NCBI RefSeq assembly: GCF_001194135.2 | Contig: NC_068995.1 | Location: 51,286,552 to 51,350,551, forward strand | Length of the DNA: 64,000 bases | Reading direction: 5' to 3' | From: Octopus bimaculoides | Taxonomy: Eukaryota | In this document: positions 59,733-64,000 of the stretch, piece by piece | How the letters are laid out: every line of letters starts with the position of its first letter | Numbering within the stretch: position 1 is the first letter of the stretch | Notes under the pieces: generated by a model | The model's input: only the letters and a program-made list of their open reading frames with translations | Database searches by the model: none | What the model was told of the DNA's origin: nothing | Made by a program: the position numbers and the translations under genes

Positions 59733-59935
59733 TTGACACAAAGCCAATAGTTTTGAGGGTAAAGGTGGAGAAAGTCGATTGCGTTGACCCCAGTACTTGA
59801 CTGGTACTTTATTTTATCAAATCCGAAAGGATGAAAAGCTAAGCTGACCTCGGTGGGGTTTGAACTCTGAACGCAATGTGTCGGAAAAAATGCCGCTGAG
59901 CATTTTGTCCGACGCGCGAACGACTCTGCCAGATT
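59733..59935 (-). mobile_element. Older inverted Deu/Nin-like SINE copy
   Basis: Reverse complement matches the same family; its tail continues into the 17-bp repeat. Confidence 0.75.
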
Positions 59936-60199
59936 GATGTATTTGTGATTTACAGTAATGATAGACATAAGAGAGACCTCTTACACGGTCGCTCGACCTG
60001 TTGAAAATAGCAGCCAGATCTCCCTCTAATTACCAACCCACTGCCTTTATAGAACAAAAAACACGTTGGATAATGCATGTCTGAAAAGAAATGATGGATG
60101 GTCACGGTTGGAATGTCTTTGAGCGTAGGTAAAATATGCCCGATTAGAGCGCAACTGCGACTAAACTGAAACCAACCTCATACATACATACATACACAT

Positions 60200-60237
<38 letters not shown>

Positions 60238-60253
60238 CATGTGTATATATATA

Positions 60254-60304
<51 letters not shown>

Positions 60305-61229
60305 ATATATACAATGTGTATGTATGTGAGTTTGTGTCATATGTGTATCTATGCGTGTACAAATTATATACAAATTATATGTAAATACACACCATGGCGA
60401 GAGGAGACTACATGGTTGTTGAACGTGCTAGAAGCAGCTGCATGAAACTCCCTCAAATAAGACCAATCTGTCTTAAAGTCTTAAATATAAGAACGGAATA
60501 TTCGATATTGTACTCATAAATACAGTATTTCTTTTAGGGATACATCAAAAATAAGAATGAAAAACTAAAACGTATGGTCACAGCTGGAACGGTTTCGGTC
60601 ATAGATATGTTGATGGATCAGAGCTGACGCGCGCTTATACAAAACAGTGAATAACAACATGTACATACTTGATAATAATAATGGTGTTTTTTGTTTTCCC
60701 CAGGGGTAGAAATGAGTGGAACATCACAAAAACAGCCTATAAATTGTGTACGGGTTCACACACACACACAAAAGAAGAAGAAGAAGAAAATAAACACGAG
60801 GGGAAAGAAAAGGAAAAGATGGTGGGAAAATAATAATAATAAGATTTACTAACCCTTTCGACGGCACTCCTCTTATATGTTGATATTTTACGAGTGAAAG
60901 TGTTTTTAAAAAAACCCGACAGACGACAACATACGTTTAGTCCTACCTTGTCTTCGTAGGAACTTCAAAGAAATAGCAGGTATGTTTGTTGCGTGTTGTG
61001 TGCAACCAGTGGAGAGAGAAAAAGAAAGAGAGAAAGAGAGAGAGAGAGAGAGAGAGTGTGGGTAGTAATACTACTGGCTTCTCCAAGGAGCACGACAGTG
61101 TTATGGAAAGATAGTAATTGTAGCAGTCAAATCTACCAAACAACGCCGACTGTATGTCTTCGACGAACCTGTTTACTAATATCGATTCTTAGTTATCCAT
61201 TATCTGTTACGTGCAACTCCCACTTCGCT

Positions 61230-62365
61230 CTTTTCCTCACAATCTTTCACTCTCTTTCTTTCTCTCACTCTCATAAATACGCACCTTTTTCATTTACTGT
61301 CTTCTTCATCTAATTTCCTCATCATCTCTCCCCTTTGTCTACCTATCTATCTATTCGTTTTATTTCTCTCTATATATTCCTAAATTGTCTCTGCTTCCTC
61401 CTCTTCTCATCACTGTTTCTACTTCGATTTCCCTATCACCAACCCATCTTTTTCTTTCGCATCATTGGTCCTTTTCTCCTCCTCCTCCTCCTCCTCCTCC
61501 TCCTCATCACCACCACCACCACACTCAGTTCTTGCTTTTTAAAAATTCTGTCTGTCGTCCCTTCATCATATTTTTATTCGAGCTCGCTTTCCCCCCTAAA
61601 ACTCATCTTTCATCCTACCTCCTCCTCCTCTTCTTCTGGTACTTTACCTCCTCTTTCGTCACTCATCGTTCTCCTCCCACGTCCTATCATCATTTTCCCA
61701 TTTCCCATCCAATACAGATCTCTCTCCATCTCTACACTCCCCCTCTCTCTCTTTCTTACTATCATTTACTCTCCCTTCTGTCCACAGTGCACACACAACT
61801 ATAACTCCCCCTCTATAAACCCCTATTCATCTCTCTCTCTCTCTCACCATAATTTACTCTCCCCTCTTTTTCTCTTCATCCTAAACACAGCTCCCTCTCT
61901 TTCTATTTCTCCATATCTAAACGCCTACACACATCTCTCTCTCTCTCTCTCTTTGTCTTTCACACACACACACACATGATATTACTCACTCTTCCTCGCT
62001 CTTTTCCAGTGTGTCCTATTCTGAGTTCATTTTGTATCACTAACACACACACACACTACATCCCCTTTACCACTTTCTCATGGAGTCTTCGAATGTTTGC
62101 ATAATTTGCTAGAAAAAGATGTCAAATCTCCTTCAAATTACACAGTCTACCGTCTTAAAAAACACATTAGATATTACACATCTCGTCCCCCGCACCACAC
62201 ACAAAAGATGAGCTGGTCACGGCTCGAATGTCTTTGACTCTAAGTACGCTTGTGATAAACAACAGTTTGGCGAAGGTAAAGAATACGCACACCCGGTGGT
62301 TAGGGTTTAGGGTTAGTTTTTGGGCTAAGGTTACGCCGAAAACGGGTGGTATTCTTTACCGCCGC

Positions 62366-62396
<31 letters not shown>

Positions 62397-62800
62397 ATCT
62401 CGTCTCATCTCCATCTTCCCTCTCAATCGCTCCATCCTATCCATCTCCCTTCTTGTTCCTTTCTTCCCACTGATTTTCCTCTTCAGTTCAAACCTTTGGC
62501 TTTCTATCTAAATACATCTCTGCCCTCATTCATTTCTCTCTCATCGGGCTCCTCCCTCTCTTTATAAACCCTTCTTATCTCCCTCACTCTAACTACCCCT
62601 CCTACTCTATCTCTGCCTCTTATTTCTCTCTAATACTTTCTTTATTTCATATTTTCCCTTCTCAACTCCTCCTCTCTCTTTCTCGTTTTTCTGTCTTTAA
62701 TTCTCTCTTTCTTTGTCAATGTCTCTAACTCTCGTTTCTCTGTCTGTCTGTCTGTTTCTCTCTCTCTCTCTCCACTCTTTCTTTTTTCACTGTCACCTTT
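61230..62800 (+). repeat. Long pyrimidine-rich (CT) low-complexity tract
   Basis: Strongly C/T-biased plus strand with (CT)n, (CCT)n and (TCTA)n blocks. Confidence 0.8.
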
Positions 62801-63249
62801 ATATATACAACTGCACGTATACTGTTTCGTTGTCATAGAAACTACAAATGGAACTGATTGAATAAATGCATATTGATATGACGTGAGATATACATATATA
62901 GAGATAGAGAGAGAGAGAGAGACAGACGGACAGACAGAGAGGGAATACGTGTTGGATGACGTCAAAACCGCGCCTTTCTCAGTTACGGTGTACATAATGC
63001 CTGTACCTGTTACTGCTGCTGCTGCTGGAATTGTCAGTCGTTACCGCTATTGCAGTTTTCTTACTATTATAACAACATGGACAGTGGATTGGAAGAACCC
63101 GTCAAGCATGGGACAACAATCTTTTTCGGTTGTTTGGTCCGTTTCTTTACGTTCAGCGCTCAAATCCCACTTACGGTCGGTTTAGTATTTCACCCTTTCA
63201 GAATCGACTAAATCAAATACCTGCCGGATAAGCCTAGATAAGGCAAAGT

Positions 63250-63360
63250 TGAGAAGCCAATTACTGGAAGCTGAGTGCATCGGTCCCAAATGGAATAATT
63301 TACAGGGACTGGATTAGTCTGGCAGCAGTCGTCAGGACAATCTTCAACAGCTTGTGGTGG
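63250..63360 (-). mobile_element. Possible highly decayed L2/CR1-group LINE remnant
   Basis: KLLKIVLTTAARLIQSL followed by an H*LPV-like segment, reminiscent of the NAAARL...LHWLP motif. Confidence 0.3.
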
Positions 63361-64000
63361 TCTCATTAAAGAGAGAAATTAGAGGAGAGTCCTTTAATCA
63401 TAGCAAGGGTATAGTGAGTGAAAATGCTTATCTAGGGTTGAATTTTAGTAGGTAGATTCGAAGAGAGTATTATGAAAGGATTTGCCTTTGACATGTTAAA
63501 GACAAAATAACGTTCTACTTCTTATTTGTTGCTGAATATGATGTTTATATTGTTTGAGATAAAGCATATCCTCCAAGATACGAGTGAGTACAAGTCGTTT
63601 AACAGCCCTATTGAGTAGAGGCGCGACTTGTCAATAGATCCACAATCTGGCTTTCGACGGACCTCGATGGGAACGTCCTATCCAATTTCAAGCAGAAGCG
63701 TACGTTTTTCGGTGGATCTTTATGCAACAACGCAGAGGAAGCTTTGATTGGAGATGGTGAACTACCTCGACCATCATCTGCGATTCTCGCTAGAAAGAGT
63801 GATGTGCTGTGAAAAGCTGGCAACGGCAACTGAAATACAGAAGATGGATGTGCGAGGGGGAAAATCATCGTGTTTGGTTAGAGTGCTGGTAAAAATATTG
63901 GAATTTGTCCTGCATACTATTCCAAACCTGTGCGATTTCCAACAGATCTAGTCACTCTATTCGATTAACATGTCAATAGTTGATAGTAAATCTGGCTTTG

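Noticed and set aside
62298-62316. Telomere-like GGTTAGGGTTTAGGGTTAG (also AACCCTAACCCTAAC at 16345-16359)
   Set aside because: Only two to three imperfect units; too short to call an interstitial telomere.
63077-63220. Kozak-like ACAACATGG ORF MDSGLEEPVKHGTTIFFG, superficially like the Pellino N-terminus
   Set aside because: The nucleotide sequence aligns along its length with the diverged Deu/Nin-like SINE head, and there is no donor at the expected position.
63608-63951. Overlapping ORFs on both strands in complex, GC-richer sequence
   Set aside because: No recognisable motif or splice structure; may be a retroelement remnant, and needs BLASTx.

Overview
AT-rich, microsatellite- and SINE-dense eukaryotic DNA with eight N-gaps, most abutting (TA)n. 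The repeat landscape suggests an octopus, possibly an Illumina-era Octopus assembly (inference). Two convergent, intron-split genes were rebuilt by hand from GT-AG boundaries and reading-frame continuity. (1) On +, the 3' part of a basigin/neuroplastin-family gene: six coding exons at 4202-13486 encode three Ig domains, the hallmark LAALWPFLGIVAEV transmembrane helix and a RQRN tail; the signal-peptide exon was not found and is probably upstream of the window. (2) On -, a complete 12-coding-exon, 422-aa monofunctional peptidylglycine alpha-hydroxylating monooxygenase (PHM) at 40611-25567, with signal peptide, all copper ligands, no PAL or TM domain, and a long acidic C-terminal tail. The rest is intronic or intergenic: several SINE families, Tc1/mariner and hAT remnants, R4/Dong-like LINE fragments, three minisatellites and many microsatellites. 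CpG density rises sharply near 43-44.5 kb. I found no convincing novel multi-gene system; the best leads are the PHM architecture, the CpG step, a STAT-motif tandem array and nested or inverted SINE structures.
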